From positions 46,047 to 110,046 of the forward strand of contig JAPSJW010000006.1 of assembly GCA_031177985.1 (NCBI GenBank): a stretch of DNA of 64,000 nucleotides. The letters run 5' to 3'. This document shows positions 49,051 to 63,801 of the stretch, piece after piece. The stretch's first letter is position 1. The number at the start of each line of letters is the position of its first letter. The DNA comes from Microbacteriaceae bacterium (lineage in GTDB: Bacteria; Actinomycetota; Actinomycetes; Actinomycetales; Microbacteriaceae). The translations under genes were made by a program, and so were the position numbers. Below the pieces are notes generated by a model. The model had not been told where the DNA came from. It saw nothing but the letters and a program-made list of their open reading frames with translations, and searched no databases.

Positions 49051-50259
49051 ATGCTCCGCTGGCTGACCGCAGGTGAATCGCACGGACCGGAACTGGTCGC
49101 GATGCTCGAAGGACTCCCCGCCGGAGTCCCCGTCGCGCTCGAGGACATCCGGGCTGATCTCGCCCGCCGCAAGCTCGGCTACGGCCGTGGCGCCCGCATG
49201 AAGTTCGAGCAGGACGAGCTCGCGATCTCGGGCGGCGTGCGCCACGGGCTCAGCATGGGCAGCCCGATCGCCCTGCGCATCGGCAACACCGAGTGGCCCA
49301 AGTGGGTCGACGTCATGAGCGCCGAGCCTGTCGAGGAGGAGAAGCTCGCGGGCGGCCGGGCGGCGAAGCTCACCCGCCCGCGCCCAGGGCACGCCGACCT
49401 CGTCGGGATGCAGAAGTACGGCTTCGACGAGGCGCGGCCGGTGCTCGAGCGTGCGAGCGCCCGTGAGACGGCTGCGCGAGTGGCCCTGGGTGCCGTCGCG
49501 CGCTCGTTCCTGGGCGAGCTCGGCATCCGTCTGGTGTCGCACACCCTCTCGATCGGGCCGGTGCGGGTTCCCGAGGGCGCGGCCCTGCCGCTGCCGGATG
49601 ACGTGGAGCGTCTCGACGCCGACCCGCTGCGCTGCTTCGACGAGGCCACGAGCGCCCTGATGGTCGCGGAGGTCGACGCCGCCCACAAGGACGGCGACAC
49701 CCTCGGCGGAGTCGTGGAGGTGCTCGCCTACGGCCTCCCGCCGGGGCTCGGCTCGTACGTGCACTGGGACCGGCGGCTCGACGCCCAGCTCGCGGCCGCC
49801 CTCATGGGCATCCAGGCCATCAAGGGCGTCGAGGTGGGTGACGGCTTCCTCACGACCACGAGACGCGGCTCGGCGGCGCACGACGAGCTCGTGCAGGACG
49901 GCGACGCCATCGAGCGCCTCACCGACCGGGCAGGGGGCACCGAGGGCGGCATGAGCACCGGCACCGTGCTGCGCGTGCGTGCCGGGATGAAGCCGATCGC
50001 AACCGTGCCGCACGCGCTGCGCACGATCGACGTCGCGACGGGCGAGCCGGCCCCCGCGCACCACCAGCGCTCCGACGTCTGCGCGGTCCCCGCCGCCGGT
50101 GTCGTCGCCGAGGCGATGGTGGCCCTCGTGCTCGCCAACGCGGTGCTCGAGAAGTTCGGCGGCGACTCGATCGCCGAGACCCGCCGCAACCTGCGCGGCT
50201 ACCTCGACGCGATCCCCGCGAACCTGCACACGGCCTCCGCTGACGACGCCCGTGTCTGA
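49051..50259 (+). CDS. aroC: chorismate synthase
   Basis: [32 protein letters not shown], and GGMSTG. 402 aa. Confidence 0.96.
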   Translation: MLRWLTAGESHGPELVAMLEGLPAGVPVALEDIRADLARRKLGYGRGARMKFEQDELAISGGVRHGLSMGSPIALRIGNTEWPKWVDVMSAEPVEEEKLAGGRAAKLTRPRPGHADLVGMQKYGFDEARPVLERASARETAARVALGAVARSFLGELGIRLVSHTLSIGPVRVPEGAALPLPDDVERLDADPLRCFDEATSALMVAEVDAAHKDGDTLGGVVEVLAYGLPPGLGSYVHWDRRLDAQLAAALMGIQAIKGVEVGDGFLTTTRRGSAAHDELVQDGDAIERLTDRAGGTEGGMSTGTVLRVRAGMKPIATVPHALRTIDVATGEPAPAHHQRSDVCAVPAAGVVAEAMVALVLANAVLEKFGGDSIAETRRNLRGYLDAIPANLHTASADDARV

Positions 50260-50755
50260 CGACCGCGCGATCGTCGTGCTCATCGGCGCGCCCGCTGCGG
50301 GCAAGACGCGCACGGGCAAGCGAGTGGCCAAGGCGCTGGGCGTGCCGTTCCTCGACACCGACGCGCTCGTCGTGGCCCAGCACGGGCCCATCGCCGACCT
50401 CTTCGAGCAGCACGGCGAGCCCCACTTCCGCGCCCTCGAGCGCGCAGCGGTCGCCGATGCGCTCCGGCAGCGCGCCGTGGTGACGCTCGGCGGCGGCGCC
50501 GTGCTCGACCCCCACACCCGCGCCGACCTCGCCGGACTCCCCGTGGTGCAGCTCACCGTGCGCGCCGAGGGCGTCGAAGACCGCATCCGCGACGGCAAGC
50601 GCCCGCTGCTGAAGGGCGGCATCGAGGCCTGGCAGCGCCTGGTCGACGAGCGCCGTCCGCTCTATGACTCCCTCGCCGGCCTCACGCTCGACACGACGCG
50701 CGTTCCCCTCGACCGCGTGGCCGCGCGCATCCTCGACTGGCTGGAGCCCGCATGA
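50252..50755 (+). CDS. aroK: shikimate kinase
   Basis: GTG 50252 overlaps the aroC end by 8 nt. P-loop [25 protein letters not shown], and LGGGAVL. Confidence 0.92.
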   Translation: MSDDRAIVVLIGAPAAGKTRTGKRVAKALGVPFLDTDALVVAQHGPIADLFEQHGEPHFRALERAAVADALRQRAVVTLGGGAVLDPHTRADLAGLPVVQLTVRAEGVEDRIRDGKRPLLKGGIEAWQRLVDERRPLYDSLAGLTLDTTRVPLDRVAARILDWLEPA

Positions 50756-51831
50756 CCACCACGACGACGATCCCCGTCAGCAACGCCCGCCCATACGACG
50801 TGCTCGTCGGGCGGGGGATCCTCGCCGACCTGGCCGCCTCCCTCGGCCCCCGCACCCGCAAGGTGCTGATCGTGCATCCGCCGACCCTCGGTGCCCGCGC
50901 GAACGGGCTGCGCGAGCAGCTGATGGACGCCGGCTACGAGGTGTACCTCGCCGAGGTGCCCGACGCCGAGGCGGCCAAGCGCATCGAGGTCGCCGCGTTC
51001 TGCTGGCAGATCCTCGGCCAGACCGACTTCACGAGAACGGATGCCGTCGTCGGCTTCGGCGGGGGAGCGACGACCGATCTCGCGGGGTTCGTCGCCGCCA
51101 CCTGGCTTCGCGGCGTCGACCTGGTCCAGGTGCCGACGAGCGTCGCAGGGATGGTCGACGCGGCGGTCGGCGGGAAGACCGGGATCAACACCGCCGAGGG
51201 CAAGAACCTCGTCGGCGCCTTCTACGCCCCGCGCGCCGTTCTCGCCGACCTCGAGCTGCTCGACACCCTGCCGCGCAACGAGATCCTCGCGGGCTACGCC
51301 GAGATCGTGAAGGCCGGCTTCATCGCCGAGCCGGAGATCCTCGACATCGTCGAGCGCTCCGTCGACCGCGCGACCGACCCGACGACGGAGGAGTTCCGCC
51401 GTGCCGTCGAGCTCGCCATCGCCATGAAGGCGCGCGTCGTGGGTGAAGACTTCACCGAAGCCGGGCTGCGAGAGATCCTGAACTACGGGCACACCCTCGG
51501 CCACGCCATCGAGCACGCCGAGCGCTACCAGTGGCGCCACGGCGCCGCGGTCAGCGTCGGCATGGTGTTCGCCGCCGAGCTGTCCCGGCTCACCGGCCCG
51601 CTGTCGGATGCTGCGGTCGACCGGCACCGCGCCATCCTCGAGTCGCTGACGCTGCCGACGACCTACCCGCAGGGCCGCTGGCCGACGCTGCTGGCGACGA
51701 TGCAGCGCGACAAGAAGGCACGGGCAGGGATGCTGCGCTTCATCGTGCTCGACGACATCGGGCGACCCTCGACCCTCGACGGCCCGGACGAATCGCTGCT
51801 CTTCGCCGCCTATCAGGAGATCGCGGAGTGA
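50752..51831 (+). CDS. aroB: 3-dehydroquinate synthase
   Basis: ATGA overlap with aroK. GFGGGATTDLAGFVAATWLRGV, VDAAVGGKTGIN, and NYGHTLGHAIE. Confidence 0.95.
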   Translation: MTTTTTIPVSNARPYDVLVGRGILADLAASLGPRTRKVLIVHPPTLGARANGLREQLMDAGYEVYLAEVPDAEAAKRIEVAAFCWQILGQTDFTRTDAVVGFGGGATTDLAGFVAATWLRGVDLVQVPTSVAGMVDAAVGGKTGINTAEGKNLVGAFYAPRAVLADLELLDTLPRNEILAGYAEIVKAGFIAEPEILDIVERSVDRATDPTTEEFRRAVELAIAMKARVVGEDFTEAGLREILNYGHTLGHAIEHAERYQWRHGAAVSVGMVFAAELSRLTGPLSDAAVDRHRAILESLTLPTTYPQGRWPTLLATMQRDKKARAGMLRFIVLDDIGRPSTLDGPDESLLFAAYQEIAE

Positions 51832-51858
51832 CGAGGGGTCGAGCAGTACGCTGAAGCC

Positions 51859-52299
51859 GTGACCCGCGTCCTCGTGCTCAACGGCCCCAACCTCGGCAGA
51901 CTCGGCAGCCGCGAGCCCGACGTGTACGGCTCGCTCGACCTCGACGCCCTTCAGGCGCGACTCGAGGGCGAGGCGCCGGAGCAGGTGGAGATCGACCTGC
52001 GGCAGACCGACGACGAGAGCGAGCTCGTGGGCTGGCTGCACGGCGCGGTCGACGCCTCGACGCCCGTCATCCTCAACCCGGCCGCCTTCACGCACTACTC
52101 GTACGCACTGCGCGACGCGGCCGCGCTCGTCACGAAGGCGGGGCTGCCGCTCGTCGAGGTGCACATCTCCAACCCGCACGCCCGCGAGACGTTCCGCCAC
52201 ACCTCGGTCATCTCGGGCGTCGCCACGGGCGTGATCGCGGGCTTCGGCTTCGACTCGTACTCGCTCGCCCTGACCCAGGTCATCCGCTCGCTCGGCTAG
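51859..52299 (+). CDS. aroQ: type II 3-dehydroquinate dehydratase
   Basis: [30 protein letters not shown], and [12 protein letters not shown]. Confidence 0.95.
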   Translation: MTRVLVLNGPNLGRLGSREPDVYGSLDLDALQARLEGEAPEQVEIDLRQTDDESELVGWLHGAVDASTPVILNPAAFTHYSYALRDAAALVTKAGLPLVEVHISNPHARETFRHTSVISGVATGVIAGFGFDSYSLALTQVIRSLG

Positions 52300-52355
52300 A
52301 ATCGACCCTCGGCGCGCTCGCGCCCGCCTCCCTCATCGAATGGACTCCTCGCAGC

Positions 52356-52919
52356 ATGGCTTCTACCGCTGACATCAGGAACGGCATCGTCCTCAACATG
52401 GACGGACAGCTCTGGACCGTCATCGAGTTCCAGCACGTCAAGCCGGGCAAGGGCGGCGCGTTCGTGCGCACCAAGGTCAAGAACGTCATGAGCGGCAAGG
52501 TCGTCGACCGCACCTTCAACGCCGGCGCGAAGATCGAGACCGAGACGGTCGACCGCCGCGACTTCCAGTACCTCTACAACGACGGCGAAGGCTTCGTCTT
52601 CATGGACCTGTCGACGTACGACCAGATCACGCTTCCCAAGGCGGTCGTCGGCGACGCCGCGAACTTCCTGCTCGAGAACCAGAACGTCACCGTCGCGCTG
52701 CACAACGACAACCCGCTCTACGTCGAGCTGCCGGCGTCGGTCGTGCTCGAGATCACCTACACCGAGCCGGGCCTGCAGGGCGACCGCTCCACCGGCGGCA
52801 CCAAGCCCGCGACGGTCGAGACCGGCTACCAGATCCAGGTCCCGCTGTTCCTCGAGACCGGCACGAAGGTCAAGGTCGACACCCGCGACGGCAGCTACCT
52901 GGGTCGCGTCACCGACTAG
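52356..52919 (+). CDS. efp: elongation factor P
   Basis: [44 protein letters not shown]. 187 aa. Confidence 0.96.
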   Translation: MASTADIRNGIVLNMDGQLWTVIEFQHVKPGKGGAFVRTKVKNVMSGKVVDRTFNAGAKIETETVDRRDFQYLYNDGEGFVFMDLSTYDQITLPKAVVGDAANFLLENQNVTVALHNDNPLYVELPASVVLEITYTEPGLQGDRSTGGTKPATVETGYQIQVPLFLETGTKVKVDTRDGSYLGRVTD

Positions 52920-53338
52920 TGGGCGCCCGCACCAAGGCGCGCAAGCGCGCCCTCGACCTGCTCTACGGCGCCGACCTGCGCGGAATGCCGCTCGCCGATG
53001 CGCTCGTGGAGGAGGAGAAGCGCGCGAGCACTCAGCCTCAGCGCGCCTCGTCCTGGGGCTACGCCCGCGACATCGTGCGCGGCGTCGACGAGCACAGGGC
53101 GGAGATCGACGAGCTGATCGAGACCTACGCGCACGGCTGGACGCTGCAGCGGATGCCGGCCGTCGATCGCGCGATCCTGCGCATCGGCATCTGGGAGCTG
53201 CTGCACAACGACGAGGTGCCCGAGAGCGTCGCGATCGCCGAGGCGGTCGAATCGGCGACGGTGCTCAGCACGGATGACTCGGCGAGCTTCATCAACGGAC
53301 TGCTCGCCCGCATCGCCCAGACCACCAAGGCGGGCTGA
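52919..53338 (+). CDS. nusB: transcription antitermination factor NusB
   Basis: ARKRALDLLYGADL, MPAVDRAILRIGIWEL, and EAVESATVLSTDDSASFINGLL. The GTG shares one nt with the efp TAG. Confidence 0.93.
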   Translation: MGARTKARKRALDLLYGADLRGMPLADALVEEEKRASTQPQRASSWGYARDIVRGVDEHRAEIDELIETYAHGWTLQRMPAVDRAILRIGIWELLHNDEVPESVAIAEAVESATVLSTDDSASFINGLLARIAQTTKAG

Positions 53339-53375
53339 GCGCGCCACATCCGGCTGTTCCCGGAGCTGACTGCAC

Positions 53376-53443
53376 CCCTTGTCAGGTTTTCGGACGCGCG
53401 CCGGGTCGTAGAACCCGACCGCTGTCCGAAAACCTGACGAGGG
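53376..53443. terminator. long compound inverted repeat between the convergent nusB and DoxX-like genes (likely a bidirectional terminator)
   Basis: CCCTTGTCAGGTTTTCGGAC (53376-53395) pairs with GTCCGAAAACCTGACGAGGG (53424-53443), with one position that would be a G-U pair. It encloses a small inner hairpin CGGGT...ACCCG. A/U-rich runs (TTTT/AAAA) lie inside the stem. Confidence 0.6.
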
Positions 53444-53448
53444 TGCCG

Positions 53449-53979
53449 TCACCAGGTGATCGGGGCGGGGGCCTTCTTCGTGCGCGGCTTGGTGTGGGCG
53501 GCGACCACGAGCAGCGCCGTGACGAGCACGAGGTTCTTCGCGATGAACTCGCCCTCGAGAGTCACGACGAACGGGTTGCCCGTGAACGCGACCTCAGGGT
53601 GCACGACGAAGACCGCGAAGGTGCCGAGCAGGTGCAGCACCTGGGCCGCGGCGATCCACGGCACGAGGAAGCCGGCGATCAGCGCGAGGCCGAGCACGAC
53701 CTCGGCGACGCCCATGCCGACGACCGCGACGTTCGACGGCACGAAGGGCACCATCGAGGCCACGAGATCGGCTACCGGGCTGAGGCCCAGCACCTTGAGG
53801 ATGCCGAACCAGACGTAGACGACGCCGAGCGCGATGCGGAGCAGCGGCACGGCGATGGGGCGCAGCAGCGCCAGGACCACGTCGGCGAGGTCGGCCATCC
53901 AGGAGAGCGGATGACGCTTTGCCTCGTCGGGACGGGCGGCGGGAGCGGGGGAGAGCGGGCGGGTGTCGAGCTGAGTCAT
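53449..53979 (-). CDS. DoxX / YkgB (DUF417)-like membrane protein
   Basis: ATG 53979 is preceded by AAGGA. LLRIALGVVYVWFGILKV, GVAEVVLGLALIAG and EGEFIAKNLVLVTALLVV resemble the DoxX/DUF417 family. The track start at 54006 is nine codons upstream. Confidence 0.6.
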   Translation of the reverse strand: MTQLDTRPLSPAPAARPDEAKRHPLSWMADLADVVLALLRPIAVPLLRIALGVVYVWFGILKVLGLSPVADLVASMVPFVPSNVAVVGMGVAEVVLGLALIAGFLVPWIAAAQVLHLLGTFAVFVVHPEVAFTGNPFVVTLEGEFIAKNLVLVTALLVVAAHTKPRTKKAPAPITW

Positions 53980-54078
53980 GGGGGGTGTCCTTTCGTCGGA
54001 CACCACCCTCCGCGGCCCGGCGTCCCGCGGAACAGGGACCGGAGTCGTCTGTTCCGCGGGAACGCACTGGGACGTTCG

Positions 54079-57559
<3,481 letters not shown>

Positions 57560-57563
<4 letters not shown>

Positions 57564-58873
57564 GCGTGCTCGTGCGCGGGGCGACCCTGCCCGATGGAAC
57601 CCGCACCGATCTGCGCATCGAGGACGGACGCGTCGCCGAGCCCGGCGGCTCCGCCGACCGCGTGATCGACGCCGACGGACTGCGTCTGCTGCCCGGACTG
57701 GTCGATCTCCACACCCACCTGCGCGAGCCGGGCTTCGAGCAGAGCGAGACCGTGCTCACCGGCACCCGTGCCGCGGCAGCAGGCGGCTTCACCGCCGTCT
57801 TCGCCATGGCGAACACCTCGCCGGTCGCCGACACCGCCGGGGTGGTCGAGCAGGTTCAGGCACTCGGCGACCAGCACGGCTACGCGACGGTGCGCCCGAT
57901 CGGCGCCGTCACGGTCGGTCTCGCGGGGGAGCAGCTGAGCGAGATCGGCGCCATGGCCTCGTCGCGAGCCCGCGTGACGGTGTTCAGCGACGACGGCAAG
58001 TGCGTGCACGACGCCCTGCTGATGCGCAGGGCCCTCGAGTACGTGTCGACCTTCGACGGCGTCATCGCCCAGCACGCGCAGGAGCCCCGGCTGACCGAGG
58101 GTGCGCAGATGAACGACGGTCCGCTGGCCGCTCGTCTGGGGCTCGGCGGCTGGCCGGCTGTCGCGGAGGAATCGATCATCGCCCGCGACGTGCTGCTCGC
58201 CGAGCACGTCGGTGCGCGACTGCACATCTGCCATGTCTCCACCGCGGGAAGCGTCGAGGTGCTCCGCTGGGCGAAGTCCCGCGGGATCGACGTCACGGCC
58301 GAGGTCACGCCGCACCACCTGCTGCTGACCGAGCAGCTCGCGGAGAGCTACGACGCCCGCTACAAGGTGAACCCGCCGCTGCGCCGCGACGAGGACGTGC
58401 TCGCGCTGCGCGAGGCCCTAGCCGACGGAACGATCGACATCGTCGCGACCGATCACGCGCCGCATCCGGTCGAGGCGAAGGAGGCGCCGTGGGATGAGGC
58501 GGCCTTCGGCATGGTCGGCCTCGAGTCGGCGCTCAGCGTCGTGCAGGCGGCCATGGTCGACACCGGGCTGCTGGACTGGAGCGGCGTGGCCAGGACGATG
58601 TCGCTCGAGCCCGCCCGCATCGGGCGTCTCACCGGTTACGACGAGCCGTTCGCCGTCGGCGCGCGCGCGAACCTGACCCTCGTCGATCCCTCGGCCACCC
58701 GCACCTTCGGCACCGAGCATCTCGCCGGCCGGTCGGTCAACTCGCCGTACCTCGGCCGCACGCTGCCGGGACGCATCGTCGCGACGATCCACGACGGATA
58801 CCCCACCGTGCTCGACGGCGAGGTGCTGCCCGCCGACCAGGTCGCCCTCGCCGCGGGGGTGCGCCGTGGCTAG
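57560..58873 (+). CDS. pyrC: dihydroorotase
   Basis: GTGA overlap with pyr[23 protein letters not shown], and IVATDHAPH. The upstream part of track ORF 57149..58873 is pyrB out of frame. Confidence 0.95.
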
Positions 58874-59360
58874 GCCTGTCCTCGGGCTCCTCGTGGTGCT
58901 CGTCCTCCTCCTGCTCCTCGCGCTCATGTGGTGGGGCTGGAGCCGTCGACGACGACGACAGTCCGGTCTGCCCGCGCCGCAGCCGGCTCCCGAGTCGCTC
59001 AGCGGCATCCGCTTCGACGACGAGCTGCTGTACGTCGCGACGACGCTCGCCGGTCAGCCGCTCGAGCGGGTGACCGTGCAGGGACTCGGGTTCCGCGCGC
59101 GAGGGCGCGTGACGGTCGCCGACGAGGGAGTCGTGCTCGCCCTCCGTGGCGCAGACCCCGTGCTCGTGCCCTCGCACAGCGTCCGCGGCGCCGACCGCGC
59201 CACCTGGACGATCGACCGCGTCGTCGAGCGCGACGGACTCGTGCTGCTGGGCTGGAGCCTCGGTGGCACCGACGTCGACACCTACCTGCGGGCCGACAGC
59301 CCGCACGACCTCCTCGAGGCCCTCGACGGCCTCGGCACTCCACGAAAGGCACCCCAGTGA
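58866..59360 (+). CDS. conserved pyr-operon membrane protein of unknown function (position equivalent to M. tuberculosis Rv1382)
   Basis: 164 aa. An N-terminal TM helix [20 protein letters not shown], an R-rich stretch, then a soluble domain. It overlaps pyrC by 8 nt and carA by 4 nt (GTGA). Confidence 0.7.
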   Translation: MARPVLGLLVVLVLLLLLALMWWGWSRRRRRQSGLPAPQPAPESLSGIRFDDELLYVATTLAGQPLERVTVQGLGFRARGRVTVADEGVVLALRGADPVLVPSHSVRGADRATWTIDRVVERDGLVLLGWSLGGTDVDTYLRADSPHDLLEALDGLGTPRKAPQ

Positions 59361-60499
59361 CACTCAGCCGCGAGCCCGCCGTGCTCGTGCTCGAGGACGG
59401 CACCCGGTACACGGGCCGCGCCTACGGCGCGATCGGCCGCACCCTCGGCGAGGTCGTCTTCGCGACCGGCATGACCGGCTACCAGGAGACGCTGACCGAC
59501 CCGAGCTACGCCGGGCAGATCGTCGTCATGACAGCCCCGCACATCGGCAACACCGGCGTGAACGACGAGGACCCGGAGTCGGCCCGCATCTGGGTCGCCG
59601 GCTACGTCGTGCGCGACCCCTCCCGCGTCGTGTCGAACTACCGCGCCGACGGCAGCCTCGACGACCAGCTCGCCGCGGACGGCGTGGTCGGCATCAGCGG
59701 CATCGACACCCGCGCGGTCACCCGCAGGCTGCGCGACGCCGGATCGATGCGCGGCGGGATCTTCAGCGGCGCCGAGGCGGGTCTCGACCCGGCAGAGCAA
59801 CTCGAGATCGTCCAGGCCGCCGCGGGCATGCAGGGTCAGAAGCTGTCGGACGTCGTCTCGACCCGCGAGGTCTACCGCCTCCCGGCGGAGGGCGACTCGC
59901 TCGGCACGGTCGCCGTGCTCGACCTGGGGGTGAAGACCTCCACCCTGCGCTACCTCACCCAGCGCGGCTTCGACGTCGCGGTGCTGCCGCAGACGACGAC
60001 CTTCGAGGAGCTCAAGGCCCTCGACCCGATCGCGGTCTTCTTCTCCAACGGCCCCGGCGACCCCGGTGCGAGCGACGACCACGTCGAGCTCCTGCAGGCC
60101 GTGCTCAGCGACGGGCTGCCGTTCTTCGGCATCTGCTTCGGCAACCAGCTGCTCGGTCGCGCTCTCGGCTTCGGCACCTACAAGCTGCCGTTCGGGCACC
60201 GCGGCATCAACCAGCCGGTGCTCGACCGCGAGACCGGCCGCATCGAGGTGACGAGCCACAACCACGGGTTCGCGGTCGACGCGCCGATCGGCGAGACGGT
60301 CGACTCTCCTGCGGGCTTCGGCCGGGTGGAGGTCAGCCACGTCAACCTGAACGACAACGTGGTCGAGGGCCTCCAGGCACTCGACATCCCCGCGTTCAGC
60401 GTGCAGTACCACCCCGAGGCGGCCGCTGGTCCCCACGACAGCAACTACCTCTTCGACCGTTTCCGCGACCTCGTCGTCGCCAGAGGAGCCAACGACTGA
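59357..60499 (+). CDS. carA: carbamoyl-phosphate synthase small (glutaminase) subunit
   Basis: GTG 59357. [37 protein letters not shown], the nucleophile context GICFGNQLL, and QYHPEA. Confidence 0.96.
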   Translation: MTLSREPAVLVLEDGTRYTGRAYGAIGRTLGEVVFATGMTGYQETLTDPSYAGQIVVMTAPHIGNTGVNDEDPESARIWVAGYVVRDPSRVVSNYRADGSLDDQLAADGVVGISGIDTRAVTRRLRDAGSMRGGIFSGAEAGLDPAEQLEIVQAAAGMQGQKLSDVVSTREVYRLPAEGDSLGTVAVLDLGVKTSTLRYLTQRGFDVAVLPQTTTFEELKALDPIAVFFSNGPGDPGASDDHVELLQAVLSDGLPFFGICFGNQLLGRALGFGTYKLPFGHRGINQPVLDRETGRIEVTSHNHGFAVDAPIGETVDSPAGFGRVEVSHVNLNDNVVEGLQALDIPAFSVQYHPEAAAGPHDSNYLFDRFRDLVVARGAND

Positions 60500-63400
60500 T
60501 GCCCAAGCGCGAAGACATCAAGAGCGTCCTCGTCATCGGATCGGGCCCGATCGTCATCGGGCAGGCCGTCGAGTTCGACTACTCGGGAACCCAGGCCTGC
60601 CGCGTGCTCCGCGCCGAGGGCGTGCGGGTCATCCTCATCAACTCGAACCCGGCGACGATCATGACCGACCCGGACTTCGCCGACGCCACCTACGTCGAGC
60701 CGATCACCTGGCAGGTCATCGAGAAGATCATCGACAAGGAGCGCCCCGACGCGATCCTTCCGACGCTGGGCGGGCAGACCGCCCTCAACGCCGCCATCCA
60801 ACTGCACGAGCACGGCGTGCTCGAGAAGTACGGCGTCGAGCTCATCGGCGCGAAGTTCGAGGCGATCCAGAAGGGCGAGGACCGCCAGATCTTCAAGGAC
60901 CTCGTGATCGCTGCGGGGGCGGATGTGGCGCGCAGCCACATCGCGCACACCGTCGAGGAGGCGATCGGCTTCGCCGAGGACCTCGGCTATCCGCTCGTGA
61001 TCCGTCCCTCGTTCACGATGGGCGGACTCGGCTCCGGATTCGCCTACACCCGCGAGGACCTCATCCGCATGGTGTCCGACGGGCTGCAGCAGAGCCCCAC
61101 GCACGAAGTGCTCCTCGAGGAGTCGATCCTCGGTTGGAAGGAGTACGAGCTCGAGCTAATGCGCGACACGGCCGACAACACGGTCGTCGTCTGCTCGATC
61201 GAGAACGTGGACCCCGTCGGCGTGCACACGGGGGACTCGATCACCGTCGCTCCCGCCCTTACGCTCACCGACCGCGAGTACCAGAACCTGCGGAACATCG
61301 GCATCGACATCATCCGCGCCGTCGGCGTCGACACCGGCGGCTGCAACATCCAGTTCGCGGTGAACCCCGAGACGGGGCGCGTCATCGTCATCGAGATGAA
61401 CCCGCGGGTCTCGCGCTCGAGCGCCCTCGCGTCGAAGGCGACCGGATTCCCGATCGCGAAGATCGCCGCGAAGCTCGCCATCGGCTACCGCCTCGACGAG
61501 ATCCCGAACGACATCACCAAGGTCACCCCCGCCTCGTTCGAGCCCACCCTCGACTACGTCGTGGTGAAGGTGCCCCGGTTCGCCTTCGAGAAGTTCCCGG
61601 CGGCGGACACGACCCTCACCACCACGATGAAAAGCGTGGGGGAGGCGATGGCGATCGGACGCAACTTCTCGACCGCCCTGCAAAAGGCCCTGCGCTCCCT
61701 CGAGAAGCGCGGCTCGTCGTTCCACTGGGAGGGCACCCGCCCGATCAAGAAGGACATGATCGAGCTCGCCAAGACACCGACCGACGGACGCATCGTCGCC
61801 GTGCAGCAGGCGCTGCGCGCCGGCGCGACGGTCGCCGAGCTGTTCGAGGCGACCGGGATCGACCCCTGGTTCCTCGACCAGATCCAGCTGATCAACGAGG
61901 TCGCGAGCGAGATCGCGACGCTCCGCGCCCTCGACGCGTCGCTCATCCGCTACGCCAAGGACCACGGCTTCAGCGACGCTCAGATCGCCCAGCTGCGCGG
62001 TCTCTCCGAGGAGCAGGTGCGCAACGTGCGCTGGACCTTCGGCATCCGCCCGGTCTACAAGACGGTGGACACCTGCGCGGGGGAGTTCCCCGCGCTGACC
62101 CCGTACCACTACTCCTCGTACGACCTCGAGACGGAGGTCGCGCCGAGCGAGCGCCGCAAGGTCGTCATCCTGGGGTCGGGTCCGAACCGGATCGGCCAGG
62201 GAGTCGAGTTCGACTACTCCTGCGTGCACGCGAGCTTCGCCCTCGCCGAGGCGGGGTACGAGACGATCATGATCAACTGCAATCCCGAGACCGTCTCGAC
62301 CGACTACGACACGAGCGACCGGCTCTACTTCGAGCCGCTCACCCTCGAGGACGTGCTCGAGGTGATCCACGCCGAGACGCAGTCCGGCGAGCTCGTCGGC
62401 GTCATCGTGCAGCTCGGCGGCCAGACCGCGCTCGGTCTCGCGGACGGGCTCAAGGCGGCGGGGGTGCCGATCCTCGGAACGACCCCCGAGGCGATCAACC
62501 TCGCGGAGGAGCGCGGCCTCTTCTCCCGCATCCTCGACGAGGCAGGGCTCCTGGCGCCCAAGAACGGCACCGCGACCCATGCCCGCGAGGCGGTCGCCGT
62601 CGCCGAGAACATCGGCTATCCGGTGCTCGTGCGCCCCAGCCACGTGCTCGGCGGCCGCGGCATGGAGATCGTCTACGACACCCCGAGCCTGCGCGACTAC
62701 TTCGACCGGGTGAAGGACCAGGCGATCATCGCGCCGGGCTCGCCGCTGCTCGTCGACCGCTTCCTGGACGACGCCATCGAGATCGACGTGGACGCCCTCT
62801 ACGACGGCACCGAGCTCTACGTCGGCGGCATCATGGAGCACATCGAGGAGGCGGGCGTGCACTCCGGCGACTCCGCCTGCACGCTCCCTCCGGTCACGCT
62901 CGGCCGCGACGTGCAGCGCCGGGTGCGCGACGCGACCCTCGCGATCGCGCGGGGGATAGGCGTGCAGGGCCTCCTGAACGTGCAGTTCGCCATCGGCCAG
63001 GGCATCCTCTACGTCCTCGAGGCCAACCCGCGCGCGAGCCGCACCGTGCCGTTCGTCTCTAAGGCGCTCGGCATCCCGCTCGCCAAGGCGGCCTCGCTCG
63101 TGATGACGGGGCGGAGCATCCGCTCGCTCATCGACGACGGGCTGCTGCCCGAGCGCGACGGGTTCGATGTGCCGCTCGACTCGCCGGTGGCCGTGAAGGA
63201 GGCCGTGCTGCCGTTCAAGCGCTTCCGCACGAAGGAGGGCCACGTCGTCGACAGCGTGCTCGGCCCCGAGATGCGCTCGACCGGCGAGGTCATGGGCATC
63301 GACTCGACCTTCCCGCGCGCCTTCGCGAAGAGCCAGGAGGCGGCGTACGGCGGCCTGCCCGATCACGGCAGCGTGTTCGTGTCGGTCGCGGACCGCGACA

Positions 63401-63801
63401 AGCGGGCGATCGTCCTCCCGGTGCTGCGCCTCACGCAGCTCGGCTTCACGATCCTCGCGACCGAGGGCACGGCCGAGGTGCTCGCGCGCAACGGCATCGC
63501 CGCTCGTGTCGTGCGCAAGTACGGCCTCGGTGAGCCCTCGACCGACGGCGAGCCCTCGATCGTCGACCTGATCAATGCGGGCGAGGTGGATGTCGTGATC
63601 AACACGCCGTCCGGTCGCACCGCGCGCGCCGACGGCTACGAGATCCGCACCGCCACGGTGGCCGCCGACAAGCCCCTCTTCACGACGATGGCCCAGCTCG
63701 GTGCGGCGGTGGCGAGCCTCGAGGCGACCCGCGAGGGATTCACCGTCACGAGCCTGCAGGACTACGCGCGAGCCCGGACGGCCGCGGCGCAGCCGGCATG
63801 A
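60499..63801 (+). CDS. carB: carbamoyl-phosphate synthase large subunit
   Basis: The ATG 60499 shares one nt with the car[34 protein letters not shown], duplicated ATP-grasp halves (second: [20 protein letters not shown]), and an MGS-like C-terminus. Track ORF 59146..63801 is an out-of-frame extension over carA. Confidence 0.97.
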   Translation: MPKREDIKSVLVIGSGPIVIGQAVEFDYSGTQACRVLRAEGVRVILINSNPATIMTDPDFADATYVEPITWQVIEKIIDKERPDAILPTLGGQTALNAAIQLHEHGVLEKYGVELIGAKFEAIQKGEDRQIFKDLVIAAGADVARSHIAHTVEEAIGFAEDLGYPLVIRPSFTMGGLGSGFAYTREDLIRMVSDGLQQSPTHEVLLEESILGWKEYELELMRDTADNTVVVCSIENVDPVGVHTGDSITVAPALTLTDREYQNLRNIGIDIIRAVGVDTGGCNIQFAVNPETGRVIVIEMNPRVSRSSALASKATGFPIAKIAAKLAIGYRLDEIPNDITKVTPASFEPTLDYVVVKVPRFAFEKFPAADTTLTTTMKSVGEAMAIGRNFSTALQKALRSLEKRGSSFHWEGTRPIKKDMIELAKTPTDGRIVAVQQALRAGATVAELFEATGIDPWFLDQIQLINEVASEIATLRALDASLIRYAKDHGFSDAQIAQLRGLSEEQVRNVRWTFGIRPVYKTVDTCAGEFPALTPYHYSSYDLETEVAPSERRKVVILGSGPNRIGQGVEFDYSCVHASFALAEAGYETIMINCNPETVSTDYDTSDRLYFEPLTLEDVLEVIHAETQSGELVGVIVQLGGQTALGLADGLKAAGVPILGTTPEAINLAEERGLFSRILDEAGLLAPKNGTATHAREAVAVAENIGYPVLVRPSHVLGGRGMEIVYDTPSLRDYFDRVKDQAIIAPGSPLLVDRFLDDAIEIDVDALYDGTELYVGGIMEHIEEAGVHSGDSACTLPPVTLGRDVQRRVRDATLAIARGIGVQGLLNVQFAIGQGILYVLEANPRASRTVPFVSKALGIPLAKAASLVMTGRSIRSLIDDGLLPERDGFDVPLDSPVAVKEAVLPFKRFRTKEGHVVDSVLGPEMRSTGEVMGIDSTFPRAFAKSQEAAYGGLPDHGSVFVSVADRDKRAIVLPVLRLTQLGFTILATEGTAEVLARNGIAARVVRKYGLGEPSTDGEPSIVDLINAGEVDVVINTPSGRTARADGYEIRTATVAADKPLFTTMAQLGAAVASLEATREGFTVTSLQDYARARTAAAQPA

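Noticed and set aside
59146-63801. The apparent 1551-aa giant ORF, and similar 5'-extended track ORFs: 4573..7626, 7980..9530, 11014..11991, 16472..18082, 25665..26699, 27971..29257, 40308..41252, 46262..48226, 47775..49025, 50099..50755, 54592..56613, 57149..58873, 58928..60499.
   Set aside because: Homology starts at internal ATG/GTG codons that sit at or next to the upstream gene's stop, often as ATGA/GTGA overlaps. The extensions are the upstream gene read in a different frame.
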